From contig NW_024705486.1 in the NCBI RefSeq assembly GCF_018977255.1, positions 1 to 40,465 on the forward strand: a DNA stretch of 40,465 bases. The letters are read 5' to 3'. Source of the DNA: Callorhinchus milii. Taxonomy: Eukaryota. Position numbers and translations under genes: made by a program. A model generated the notes under the pieces. The model had not been told where the DNA came from. It did not search any database and worked only from the letters and a program-made list of their open reading frames with translations. This document shows, one piece after another, positions 10,251 to 23,010 of this stretch. Within the stretch, counting starts at the first letter, position 1. Every line of letters begins with the position of its first letter.

Positions 10251-13200
10251 TAAGTGCATCTCAGTGTGTAATTGTGCGCTTATTTTGAATAAATGGAAAA
10301 ACTTTGTCCTCGATTTAAAGTGAATGCAGAGAAATTAGCATGTAACTTTAGAAAAGGAAGAGAGCGGCCTTCTCGACGAGGGAGTGAAACCCAATAGGTA
10401 ATATTCTTTTACAGCGTTACAATGGATAGGTTGTAGTTCATAGGTTATAATATTATGTTTCACTATGATAGAGCTTAACATGTGAGAGTCTACAATATCA
10501 GAGTTGATCAAATGCGACGATCAAGGGCGTCAATCGGGTGAGTTTGAACAGAGGCTTTAATCAAAGGCGTCATCCCATCACGGAACACCACCTCCCTGCG
10601 TTTATTACAGCAACAGAAGCAACTACAGCAGCAACAACAGCAGCAACATCACATTTCGAGGGCGACGCAGCTACTTCCGATTCTGCTGCCCAGCTGTTTG
10701 TAGTCGGGACCTGCTCTCGCAGGACCCCACACGTCTTTGGAAATGATTGCGATGATCATGTCTGAGCTGAGAATTAAGTCACTCAAGATTACTTTTTTAA
10801 CCATAACTTTAGGTAGGTTAGTGTCATTGGGGCTCTATGAATACTACTCATGAATGAAATCACACTACTGTATGGCATTGTACTAATTTTGGTTAATCGA
10901 GTAGAATAAGGCACGTGCCATGTCCAGACGAATTATTATCAACAACAAATTTTGAATAAATGGATAAACACGTTCGCCATGCCCTCCGTTGTCCTCAATT
11001 TAAAGTGAATGCAGCCCCGTGGCGTTGCCAAAAACCGCCAAGCTTCGGGAGGGAGCACGTACAGACGCGTAGTGACCACACTCGACTTTAAAAGCTGCTC
11101 TCAAACAACACTGTCTCCAATAGTGTTTTACGGGCTATGGTGTTAAGCGGATAATCAGTCGTTTTGGTCAAGGCGTATGGGATAATACACACCTCTGTTA
11201 TCCCATAAACACAATGCACAGCAGCGGGAAGGCTGCATTGTTGGGGAGATGTAGTTTGGGTAAGGTGCTTTGACTGGAGTTAGGCGATGTGACTGGGTTA
11301 TCACGCGGATTCCGAAAAGCAGCTTAGACGAAACGATCCACTGCGCTCCCCACATGGACAACGACATTCTAAATTTTTAAAAAATTGAAAACATATTTTT
11401 AAATACGTATTTGAAAACAGGACCCTGCGGGGTGGGCTGGTAGGAATAATACTAATACCGGTACAGGGATATCGACCGGGTATAGAGGAGTTAAAAAGAA
11501 AATGATTTGTGCATGGGGGGTGAGCGATGACGTCCACACCCCCCTCCCCACTGACTCGCGCGCACACAGAGCAAGGATTGCAACAGGCGATGTCATTGGC
11601 TGCGCCGGCAGCAGTCATTCTCCGCTGTAGTCCTGGCATCTGCTGCTCAGCTTCATTCCCCAGCTGTGGTTCCAGTGGCACCGTCTCTCTGGGGAACCGT
11701 GTGGTGTGTGTAGCGAGTATCACGGGGTGAGTGGGTAGTGTGGTGATAGTGGTCACGGTTGGCACCGATGCACGACCACCGCCACCACCCCTACTGGGCG
11801 GTGGACCTGCCACCACAAAGCAGCACGCGGCGGAGGAGTGAGGCGATCGCTGTCGCCACGCGAGCGAGGCCCCCTGTTCTCGTGGGACCCGACAAGGATT
11901 TGGAAATAATTGCTATGATCATGTCTGAGCTGGGATGAGCGACTAATTTTTACTTTGTTTAATCATAACTGTGTGTAGGTTAGTGCTATCGGGGCTTAGT
12001 GAATACTACTCATGAATGAACTCATACTTCTTTCGGATATAAATTGAAATCATGTTGGTAGAACAAGTCGGCTGCCATTTCTAGACTAATTGTTATCTTC
12101 AAGTGCGTCAGTAAATATACTGCTAAAATACACAGCATAGGGAAGGCTGCCTTGTTGTGGAGATGTAGTTTGGCTAAGGCGCTGTGGCCGGGTGATGACA
12201 CGGATTCTGAAACAATGGAGTTAAACATTCGCTGCTTGGCTCCGTCGACAGCAGCGAAGGCTGTCATATACCGCCCCATTTACGAGTTGGCTGTATGATG
12301 TGTATAGTTGAAGGTGCTCGGTGTTGTCTTCTGCTAACAGCTACTAACGTGCGTGTGTTGTCTGTTTTTAGGATTTGTCCATAGATGTTGTTCTTTTTAT
12401 TGCGGCGTTTTTTTGTTGAGTTCTGTCACTTGAGTGTTACATGAGCAGAGTGCGATTATTATACAACCACACTGTGATTATAATGCTTCTGATGATATTA
12501 TAATACCTTACCTACGTTTATATGGTTATAATTTAAAACACTAGTTTATAATTGTTTAATGTTTAGTGTTATCGTGTATAGTATAACAGTTTACATGTTA
12601 TAGAGTACAGTTTATCCCCGACATACTTCGGGATTTGGGACTGGTACGTTGATGAACGATTAACTACGGGGAACTTTCCCCTCAAGGAACACGTGTTAAT
12701 CGGGTAGACAGCCAAGATGCTGCCGGTTAAGGGCACACTTGTGTGACGGAGATCCTCCACCTGAAATTATCTTAACATGTTTTTGCTAGGAACATTATAA
12801 AATAAAGAACGGACAAACATTTGTTAAAAATACGTTTTTATTCATCTGCAATCATTTTTACGTCAAAACTCGAAGGGAATATTTATTATGTCCTATGTTC
12901 ACACATTTCCAGTACAATGCAAACCATTTCCGTTCCAGGAATACCAAAGCGTTAAAGTATCATTCCCCATGATTTCCTTATTAGTTCACCACATTTGTTC
13001 ACTGTGCGTCTATGTTGAAGTCAAGGCCATATATCCAACGAACGCGTCATCAATGTACATCCTGAAATCGCTATCTAAAGTCGATTATTAAACCAAAAAA
13101 AAAGCTATATACTTGAAAAAAACCGTTTAAAATGTTGAGTAAAGATCTAACTACAGACGCATTCCAACTTTAGCTCAACAGGAACACTTAACGACTACAA

Positions 13201-13382
13201 TTGAACCCTCTCACAACCAGTGCTCATCACACCACTTCGGCAAGTAATCCGATAACATTACAAACCACCACTGTGCACGCCAAACTCTCACAAAAACTGT
13301 AAAACTAAAATGGTCAAAATTACACACAAAAGTACTCGATACGGATTAAAAGGTATAACCACATGACATAATATTTTTTCAG

Positions 13383-14072
13383 TCACCCCGAGCTCTCTGG
13401 TTGACTCTCGAGCCACTCCATTACATCCAGCCATCTCTCGGGATCCAACTGCATGGGATCGAAGGTGGAAACTTCTTCAGGACTCATTGCAGCACCTTGA
13501 ATTTCAGCTTTTGATTTCAGTTTCCTATCATTGTGGACCTTCTGATGCCTGTTAAGAGTTGACGACTGTGAAAATGCCTTCCCACACACAGGGCACAGGA
13601 ATGGCTTCTCGCCCGTGTGTGTTCTCTGGTGGTTTTGAAGAGTTGATGACTGTGCAAATGCCTTCCCACACACAGAGCACAGGAATGGCTTCTCGCCCGT
13701 GTGTGTTCTCTGATGGTTTTGAAGAGTTGATGACTGTGCAAATGCCTTCCCACACACAGGGCACAGGAATGGCTTCTCGCCCGTGTGTGTTCTCTGGTGG
13801 TTTTGAAGAGTTGATGAACGTGCCAAATTCTTCCCACACACAGGGCACAGGAATGGCTTCTCGCCCGTGTGTGTTCTCTTGTGACTCTGAAGATGTGATG
13901 ACCGTGCAAATGTCTTCCCACACACAGTGCACAGGAACGGCTTCTCGCCCGTGTGTGTTCTCTGGTGTCTCTTAAGACTTGATGACCATGAAAATGCCTT
14001 CCCACACACAGAGCAATTGAATTGTTCCTTGCTTCCGTGTGCGTGGGGCTGTGGAGAGCGTCTCTGCTCCAT
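13383..14072 (-). CDS. C2H2 zinc-finger protein copy 3, intact, 229 aa, 6 fingers plus acidic C-terminal tail
   Basis: Uninterrupted ORF with 6 C-x2-C-x12-H-x3-H units and TGEKPF linkers. Confidence 0.93.
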   Translation of the reverse strand: MEQRRSPQPHAHGSKEQFNCSVCGKAFSWSSSLKRHQRTHTGEKPFLCTVCGKTFARSSHLQSHKRTHTGEKPFLCPVCGKNLARSSTLQNHQRTHTGEKPFLCPVCGKAFAQSSTLQNHQRTHTGEKPFLCSVCGKAFAQSSTLQNHQRTHTGEKPFLCPVCGKAFSQSSTLNRHQKVHNDRKLKSKAEIQGAAMSPEEVSTFDPMQLDPERWLDVMEWLESQPESSG

Positions 14073-14454
14073 GTGAGCGTAGTAACAGCAGCGGTGTTAT
14101 CGAGTCAAAAGTACGCTATCGGCCGCAAGGATGTTTAGCGTCGAGTTTTGGATTTTGTTAACTGCTAAAACAAGAACGACACTCGCGTCTAAACGAGACG
14201 CAAAAAAATCCCGTAAATTTGACGACGAACACGTTTAAGATTTTATCCGCGAAAATAGACACTTACTTGGAGATTCACGGTATATCGATGTCTGGAACCC
14301 GTCTGAAGATGTCGCCACGAAACTCTCCCGACGCAAAGTCGCCTAACTGTCGACACAGCAATTGTGCTCGCCAGGCTGCGTTGTCTCGCGGTTGAAGGGC
14401 GATCAGCAGAGCGACGAGTCGAGCGTCCAACCTCATCAAGTTCCCTCTCGAAAT

Positions 14455-14620
14455 GGCATTGAGCTCTGCTTCTGAGCCGCCTTATAACTCCCCCCCTAGG
14501 ATCCAATCCTTTGTCTTTCAGGATATTTGCATTCGATTGTTAATTTTGGAAGGCACAATCCGCATGTCTATTAACATACCGAAGGGTAATGTGCCCATTG
14601 TGCTTCATGCATGAATATGT
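14455..14620 (-). promoter_or_regulatory. Putative promoter of ZNF copy 3
   Basis: TTATAA 14482-14487, octamer 14525-14532, adjacent ATTGTT. Confidence 0.5.
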
Positions 14621-17600
14621 AAGTGCATCTCAGTGTGTAATTGTGCGCTTATTTTGAATAAATGGAAAAACACGTTCCCCATGCCCTCCATTGTCCTCGA
14701 TTTAAAGTGAATGCAGCCCCGTGGCGTTGCCAAAAACCGCCGAGCTTCGGGAGTGAGCACGTACAGACGCGTAGTGACCACACTTGCAATACAATCACTC
14801 TAACATCAGTAACCAAAATCCGATCTGGTACATGGTCTCCGCTTGGTCTGGTTTGTATCCGTCATCACTCCGGAGACAAACAGCGAGGCATGGTTTGGCC
14901 AGCCACCACCTCGTTTGCCAAAGCGACTTTAATAGCTGCTCTCAAACAACACTATCACCAATGGTGGTTTACAGGCTAGGCTGTTAAGCGGACAATCAGT
15001 CGTTTTGGGCAAGGCGCATGGGATAATACACACCTCTGTTATCCCTAAACACAATACACAGCATCGGTAAGGCTGCCTTGTTGGGGAGATGTAGCTTGGG
15101 TAAGGTGCTGTCACTGGAGTTAGGCGATGTGACTGGGTTATCACACGGATTCCGAAAAGCAGCTTAGACGATACGATCCACTGCGCTCCATCTCCCCACA
15201 TGAACGACGACATTCTGAGTTTAAAAAAGTGGAATATATATTTGTAAATACGTTTTTAAAATAATGTGTATTGTATCTATGTTACAATGTGTGATTGTTA
15301 TACTCTTTATTTGTGTATACTGTATATACTTATATGGCTATTCGATTCCATTGATACGACACATTCATCCAACAGTGGAAAGTGTGATTCTAATACGAGT
15401 GGGATTCGAATAATTGTAATTCGATTCTAATCCTGCATATCCTACCCCCGGTTGGCATATTAACTTACCATACGTACAACCACAGTGTGATTCTAATTAG
15501 CTCAGTGCGATTCTAATGATTAGTATGCGATTATAATCCCACACCTCCAATTATGTGGTTCTGCACTATAACAGTTAATCGTATTTTAAAGCGTAACAAT
15601 GGATAGGTTGTAGTTCATAGGTTATAATATTATATTTCACTATGTTAGAGTTTAACATGTGAGAGTTTACAATGTCAGAGTTGATCAAGAGCGTCAATCT
15701 TGATCGACGCAGAAGCAAATGCAGCAGCAGCAACATCACATTTCGAGGGCGACGCAGCTACTTCTGATTCTGCTGCTTCCGCTGCTCAGATATTTGTTGC
15801 CAGGCCCTGCTCTCGCGGGACCCCACACGTCTTTGGAAATGATTGAGATGATGTCTGAGCTGATAATTAAATTAATAAAGAGTACTTTGTTTGTGTGTAT
15901 AGGTCTGTGTCATCGGGGATCAGCGAACACTGCTTATGAATGAACTCGCACACCTTTATGACCGACATTGTACTAATTTTCGTTGATCGAGACGAACAAG
16001 GCACGTGCCATGTCCAGACGAATTGATATTAACAATATTGTCCTTAAATATAATGCTAACACTGGATTAACGTTAACACTGGATTAAACATGCACATTTT
16101 AAACCCTGCCTCGCATTTATGACTAACGATTCGCATTTGCACATAACATATATTCAAGCACAGTAAAATGCGCATACGAACATATTGTTACTAGAATAAT
16201 TTGAATGCGATTCTAACCCTGCAAACCCCCACAGTTCGCATATCCGTCCCCCGATTCGATTGAACGTACACTTTACATACATATGAGCGATTAAAATGCT
16301 TCTAATGACATTCTCATACCGTAACTCCGTTTATGGTGGAATCTATTATAAAAAAATTAAAGTCGTTTAATGTTTAGTGTTATTGTTCATAGTGTTATCA
16401 GTTTACATGTTATAGAGTACAGGTGATCCCCCGTATACTTCGGGTTTCGGGACCAGAACGTTGTGAAACGATTTACAACGAGGAAATTTCCCTGTCTGAG
16501 CGCAAGCCGCTAATGAAAAGAACACGGGGCGGCGGGAACACGTGCTTCCATGAGCGGTCGTAGACAGGTTGTGTTGCCCAAAGGTGACACCGGGTACGTC
16601 CACCAAGTTGCTCCGCCCACGGCGGCGACAGGTAGAAGTCATAGAGGTGACATGGCCGCAGTGTGTACGCATGTTGTTATGTCCGTCCCCACCCAGACAG
16701 CTCATCCCCATGTCCTGTACAGGCCAAGTCTGGTGTGTCCGACGTGGTGGGGCGCTCGGCAACGGAAACCGTACGCCAAAAGGAAATGTGTTGTGGCGCC
16801 CACAGTTTCTGAGCCCCTGAGGCCCGGGGTGCCTCAAGGATCCGCCACGTGCGAGGAACCGGTGCCTGGAGCCTGGTCAAATTCTCCAAAAGAAGCCAGG
16901 GACCTGCCTAATCCTTCAAGGCTGTGGTGTGAACCCTTGACGCCCCGACATGCACAAGATTCTACCATGGGCGCGGGACCGGCGGCGAGAACCAGTTCAA
17001 AATGCGCAAGGTTGCGCTTGTAGGCTCCATGCCCAATATCAATGCTGTATATTGCTATTCGGTGCCATTGCGATGGAACATTCTACCAGCAGTGGGCAGC
17101 TTGATTCTAATACGACCATGGTGCGATTTTAATAATTTTGATGCGATTCTAAATCTGGCACCACCCAGGCCGCATTTACGACTCCCGATGTGCATCTACA
17201 TTTAACATACATTCTAGCTCAGTGTTATTCTAATACTACCAAAGTGTTATTCTAATCGTTTTAATCCGATCATAATCCTGCACCCCCCAATTCGCATATC
17301 CGACCACCGGTTCGCATGTCCAAAGGCCATAGATGCATATTACATACGTACATACGAGCACAGTTCGCTTGCACGTACGCTATACATACATATGCGCAGA
17401 GTGTGATTTTAATACGATCACGTTGAAATTCTACTGCTTGTAATGAGATTATAATACCGTACCTCTGTTTTTGGTGTTATAAATGATTAAACTAGTTTAT
17501 AGTATTTTAATGTTTCGTGTTATCGTTTATAGTGTTACAGTTCACGTGTCTTAGCGTACAGGATTCCCTGTATACTTGATGATTAGGGACCGTAACGTTG

Positions 17601-18328
17601 TGAATCGATAAATAATGGGGCCCTTTCCCCTCCAGGGACACATGTTAATGGGGAGACAGCCAAGATGCTGCCGGTTAAGGGCAGATTTGTGTGACGAAGA
17701 TCCTCCACCTGAAACTCGCTTAAAACACGTTGTTGATATGAATAAATAAACGGACACACATTTGTTTAAAAAATCGTTTTTATTCATCTGCAATCATTTT
17801 TAAGTCAAAACTCGAACCGAATGTATTATGTCCTATGTTCAAACAGTTACAATACAATGCAAACCATATCCGTTCCAGGAATACCAACGCGTTAAAGTAT
17901 CATTCCCCATGATTTCCTTATTAGTTCACCACATTTGTTCACTGTGCGTCTATGTTGAAGTCAAGGCCATATATCCAACGAACGCGTCATCAATGTACAT
18001 CCTGAAATCGGCTATCTAAAGTCGATTAATACCAATCAAAAAAAGCTATATACTTGAAAAAAACACCGTTTAAAATGTTGAGTAAAGATGTACCTACAGA
18101 CGCATTCCAACTTTAGCTCAACAGGAACACTTAACGACTACAATTGAACCCTCTCACAACCAGTGCTCATCACACCACTTCGGCAAGTAATCCGATAACA
18201 TTACAAACCACCACTGTGCACGTCATTAAACTCTCAAAAAAACTGTAAAACTAAAATGGTCAAAATTACACACAAAAGTACTCGATACGGCTTAATAGGT
18301 ATAACCACATGACGTAATATTTTGTCAG

Positions 18329-19186
18329 TCACCCCGAGCTCTCTGTTTGATCCTCGAGCCACTCCATTACATCCAGCCATCTCTCGGGATCCAACTGCAT
18401 GGGATCGAAGGTGGAAACTTCTTCAGGACTCATTGCAGCACCTTGAATTTCAGCTTTTGATTTCAGTTTCCTATCATTGTGGACCTTCTGATGCCTGTTC
18501 CTGGTTGATGAGTGTGCAAATTTCTTCCCACACACAGAGCACAGGAATGGCTTCTCGCCCGTGTGTGTTCTCTGATGACTATTAAGAGTTGATAAGTCTG
18601 CAAATGCCTTCCCACACACAGGGCACAGGAATGGCTTCTCGCCCGTGTGTGTTCTCTGATGACTATGAAGAGTTGATGAGTCTGCAAATGCCTTCCCACA
18701 CACAGGGCACAGGAATGGCTTCTCGCCCGTGTGCATTCTCTGATGAGTTTGAAGAGTTGATGACCGTGCAAATGCCTTCCCACACACAGGACACAGGAAT
18801 GGCTTCTCGCCCGTGTGCGTTCTCTGATGAGTTTGAAGAGTTGATGACCGTGCAAATGCCTTCCCACACACAGGGCACAGGAATGGCTTCTCGCCCGTGT
18901 GCGTTCTCTGATGAGTTTGAAGAGTTGACGACCGTGCAAATGCCTTCCCGCACACAGGGCACAGGAATGGCTTCTCGCCCGTGTGCATTCTCTGATGAGT
19001 TTGAAGAGTTGATGACCGTGCAAATGCCTTCCCACACACAGGACACAGGAATGGCTTCTCGCCCGTGTGTGTTCTCTGGTGTCTCTGAAGACTTGATTGC
19101 CGTGCAAATGCCTTCCCACACACAGAGCAATTGAATGGCTTCTTGTCTCCGTGTGCGTGGGGCTGTGGAGAGCGTCTCTGCTCCAT
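18329..19186 (-). CDS. C2H2 zinc-finger protein copy 4, intact, 285 aa, 8 fingers plus acidic C-terminal tail
   Basis: Uninterrupted ORF. Helices are RQSSLQR, RSSTLQT x4, DSSTLHS, DLSTLNS and HSSTRNR. Confidence 0.93.
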   Translation of the reverse strand: MEQRRSPQPHAHGDKKPFNCSVCGKAFARQSSLQRHQRTHTGEKPFLCPVCGKAFARSSTLQTHQRMHTGEKPFLCPVCGKAFARSSTLQTHQRTHTGEKPFLCPVCGKAFARSSTLQTHQRTHTGEKPFLCPVCGKAFARSSTLQTHQRMHTGEKPFLCPVCGKAFADSSTLHSHQRTHTGEKPFLCPVCGKAFADLSTLNSHQRTHTGEKPFLCSVCGKKFAHSSTRNRHQKVHNDRKLKSKAEIQGAAMSPEEVSTFDPMQLDPERWLDVMEWLEDQTESSG

Positions 19187-19609
19187 GTGAGCTTAGTAAC
19201 AGCAGCGGTGTTATCGAGTCAAAAGTACGCTATCGGCCGCAAGGATGTTTAGCGTTGAGTTTTGGATTTTGTTAACTGCTAAAACAAGAACGACGTTGAG
19301 TTTTGGATTTTGTTAACTGCTAAAACAAGAACGAAACTCGCGTCGAACCGAGACGCAAAAAAATCCCGCTAATTTGACGACGAACACATTTAAGAGTTTA
19401 TCCGCGAAAATAGACACTTACTTGGAGCTTCACGGTAATTCGATGTCTGGAACCCGTCTGAAGATGTCGCCACGAACTCTCCCGACGCAAAGTCGCCTAA
19501 CTGTCGACACAGCAATTGTGCTCGCCAGGCTGCGTTGTCTCGCGGTTGAAGGGCGATCAGCAGAGCGACGAGTCGAGCGTCCAACCTCATCAAGTTCCCT
19601 CTCGAAATG

Positions 19610-19775
19610 GCATTGAGCTCTGCTTCTGAGCCGCCTTATAACTCCCCCGCTAGGATCCAATCCTTTGTCTTTCAGGATATTTGCATTCGATTGTTAATAT
19701 TGGAAGTTACAATCCGCATGTCTATTAACATACCGAAGAGTTATGTGCCCATTGTGCTTCATGCATGAATATGTA
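19610..19775 (-). promoter_or_regulatory. Putative promoter of ZNF copy 4
   Basis: TTATAA 19636-19641, octamer 19679-19686. Confidence 0.5.
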
Positions 19776-21376
19776 AGTGCATCTCAGTGTGTAATTGTGC
19801 GCTTATTTTGAATAAATGGAAAAACACGTTAACCCTGCCCTCCATTGTCCTCAATTTAAAGTGAATGCAGCCCCGTGGCGTTTCCAAAAACCGCCAAGCT
19901 TCGGGAGTGAGCACGTACAGACGCGTAGTGACCACACTTGCAATACAATCACTCTAACATCAGTAACCAAAATCCGATCTGGTACATGGTCTCCGCTTGG
20001 TCTGGTTTGTATCCGTCATCACTCCGGAGACAAACACGAGGCATGGTTTGGCCAGCCACCACCTCGTTTGCCGCAAGCGACTTTAATAGCTGCTCTCAAA
20101 CAACACTATCAACAATGGTGGTTTACAGGCGAGGCTGTTTAGCGGACAATCAGTCGTTTTGGGCAAGGCGTATGAGAAAATACACACCAAAAACACAATA
20201 TACAGCAGCGGGAAAGCTGCCTTGTTGGGGGATGTAGTTTGTGTAAGGCGCTGTGACTGGAGTTAAACATTCGCTGCTTGACCAAGTCGACAGCAGCGGA
20301 GACGATCCGATCCACCGTGCTCTATCTCCCCACAAGGTCCACGAAATTCTCATTTTTTAAAATGCACGTATGTTTTTCAAATCACATGAAATGTAATTAT
20401 GTTATAATATGTGATTGTTATACACTTGATATGTTTACATACCGTTTATAACTATTCGATTAAATTAACATGATATTCATCCAACAGTGGGCAGTTTTAT
20501 TCTAATACGACTACAGTGGGATTTTAATAGTTGAAATGAGATTCAAATCTTGCAAATCCTACCCCCGGTTCGCAATCACTTAACATGCATATGGGCACAG
20601 TGTGATTCTAACATTATCACAGTGCGATTATAATTATTATTATGCGATTATAATAACGAACCTCGATTTATGTTGCTCAAAACTAATAATACCGTACCTC
20701 TGTTTTGGTGTTATAAATGATGAAACTAGTTAATAGATTATAGTATTTTAATTATTTTTGTTATCGTTGATAGTGTTACAGTTCACATGTCATACTTGAT
20801 GATTAGAGACCGTAACGTTGCGAATAGATTTATAATGGAGACTTTCCCCTTGAAGGACACATGTTAATGGAGAGACAGCCAAGACACTGCCGGTTAAGGA
20901 CAGATTTGTGTGACGAAGATCCTCCAACTGAAACTCGTTTAAAACACGTTTTTGCTATGAACATTGTAAAATAAATAAACGGACAAACATTTGTTAAAAT
21001 ACGTTTTTTTTAATCTGCAATCATTTTTACGTTAAAACTCCAACCGAATATGTATTGAGTTCAAACAGTTACAGTACAATGCAAACCATATCCGTTCCAG
21101 GAATACCAAAGCGTTAAAGTATCATTCCCCATGATTTCCTTATTAGTTCACCACATTTGTTCACTGTGCGTCTATGTTGAAGTCAAGGCCAATATCCAAC
21201 GAACGCGTAATCAATGTACATCCTGAAATCGGCTATCTAAAGTTGATTAATACCAATCCAAAAAAAGCTATATACCACTGATCATCACACCACTTCACCA
21301 AGTAATCCGACAACATCAAAAATCACCACCTGCACGAACTGTAAAACTAAAAGGTCAGAATTACACACAAAGTTTC

Positions 21377-23010
21377 TTAATCCGGCTTAATAAGTAAACA
21401 ACCCTCGCTCTCGGTTTGATCCTCGAGCCACTCCATTACATCCAGCCATCTTTCAGTATCCAACTGCATGGGATCAAAGGTGGAATTATCTTCAGGAATC
21501 ATTGCAGCACCTTGAATTTCACCTTTTGATTTCAGCTTCCTATCATCGTGGACCTTCTGATGCCTCTTCCGTTTTGATGACTGTGCAAATGCCTTCCCAC
21601 ACAGAGAGCACAGGAATGGCTTCTCGCCCGTGTGTGTTTTCTGATGGCGTTGGCAGTTTGCTGAAAGTGAAAATGCTATCCCACACACAGGGCACAGGAA
21701 TGGCTTCTCGCCCGTGTGTGTTTTCTGGTGAGTTTGAAGAGTTGATGAGTGTGCAAATGTCTTCCCACACACAGGGCACAGGAATGGCTTCTCGCCCGTG
21801 TGTGTTTTCTGGTGAGTTTGAAGATTTGATGAGTCTGCAAATGTCTTCCCACACACAGGGCACAGGAATGGCTTCTCGCCCGTATGTGTTCTCTGATGAC
21901 TCTGAAGAGTTGATGACTGTGCAAATGTCTTCCCACACACAGGGCACAGGAATGGCTTCTCGCCCGTGTGTGTTCTCTGATGACTCTGAAGATGTGATGA
22001 CTGTGCAAATGTCTTCCCACACACAGGGCACAGGAATGGCTTCTCGCCCGTGTGTGTTTTCTGATGGTCTTGAAGAGTTGACGAGTGTGCAAATGTCTTC
22101 CCACACACAGGGCACCGGAATGGCTTCTCACCAGTGTGTGTTCTCCGATGACTCTGAAGATGCGACGAGTGTGCAAATGCCTTCCCACATACAGAGCACA
22201 CGAATGGCTTCTCGCCCGTGTGTGTTTTCTGATGGCGTTGGCAGTTTGCTGAAAGTGAAAATGCTATCCCACACACAGGGCACAGGAATGGCTTCTCGCC
22301 CGTGTGTGTTTTCTGGTGAGTTTGAAGAGTTGATGAGTGTGCAAATGTCTTCCCACACACAGGGCACAGGAATGGCTTCTCGCCCGTGTGTGTTTTCTGG
22401 TGAGTTTGAAGATTTGATGAGTCTGCAAATGTCTTCCCACACACAGGGCACAGGAATGGCTTCTCGCCCGTATGTGTTCTCTGATGACTCTGAAGAGTTG
22501 ATGACTGTGCAAATGTCTTCCCACACACAGGGCACAGGAATGGCTTCTCGCCCGTGTGTGTTCTCTGATGACTCTGAAGATGTGATGACTGTGCAAATGT
22601 CTTCCCACACACAGGGCACAGGAATGGCTTCTCGCCCGTGTGTGTTTTCTGATGGTCTTGAAGAGTTGACGAGTGTGCAAATGTCTTCCCACACACAGGG
22701 CACCGGAATGGCTTCTCACCAGTGTGTGTTCTCCGATGACTCTGAAGATGCGACGAGTGTGCAAATGCCTTCCCACATACAGGCACAGGAATGGCTTCTC
22801 GCCCGTGTGTGTTCTCTGATGGTCTTGAAAAGTTGATGACTGTGCAAATGCCTTCCCACACACAGAGCACAGGAACGGCTTCTCGCCCGTGTGTGTTCTC
22901 TGGTGTCTCTGAAGATGTGATGGCCGTGAAAAGGACTTCCCACACACAGAGCAATTGAATGGCTTCTTGCCTCCGTGTACGTGGGGCTGTGGAGAGCCTA
23001 TCTGCTCCAT
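21377..23010 (-). CDS. C2H2 zinc-finger gene copy 5, 17 fingers, single 1-nt frameshift near 22782 (possible sequencing error)
   Basis: ATG at 23010 gives 2 fingers. One base is missing at acag(g)gcaca, after which 15 in-frame fingers and the family tail run to TAA at 21377. Confidence 0.85.
21614..22782. repeat. 588-bp (7-finger) tandem duplication inside ZNF copy 5
   Basis: 21614-22194 and 22202-22782 are offset by exactly 7x84 bp and encode the same helix series. Confidence 0.92.

Larger units (their letters stand above)
2075..10946. repeat. Large inverted segmental duplication (arms ~2075-5152 and ~7645-10946) carrying ZNF copies 1 and 2 tail-to-tail
   Basis: The arms read as reverse complements over ~3 kb. 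There is an additional inner pair (~6013-6314 / ~7092-7419) and outer pair (~1452-1646 / ~11677-11875). Confidence 0.9.

Noticed and set aside
15386..15537. GATTCTAAT as a DUX or other homeodomain site
   Set aside because: It does not match the TAAYYTAATCA-type consensus well enough to name a factor.
18480..19140. Regular repeat-variable-repeat pattern resembling a CRISPR array
   Set aside because: The period is 84 bp and in frame, the variable parts are ZNF recognition helices, the context is eukaryotic and there are no cas genes.
13383..19186. Assigning a gene symbol (PRDM9 or a numbered ZNF)
   Set aside because: No SET, KRAB or SSXRD exon is visible in the window, and orthology of tandem ZNFs cannot be judged by eye.
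21502..22943. Long alternative-frame and antisense ORFs over the ZNF arrays (e.g. [30 protein letters not shown] and MASRPCVFS repeats), here and at the other copies
   Set aside because: They are shadows of the 84-bp finger repeat; only the C2H2 frame has a recognisable fold.
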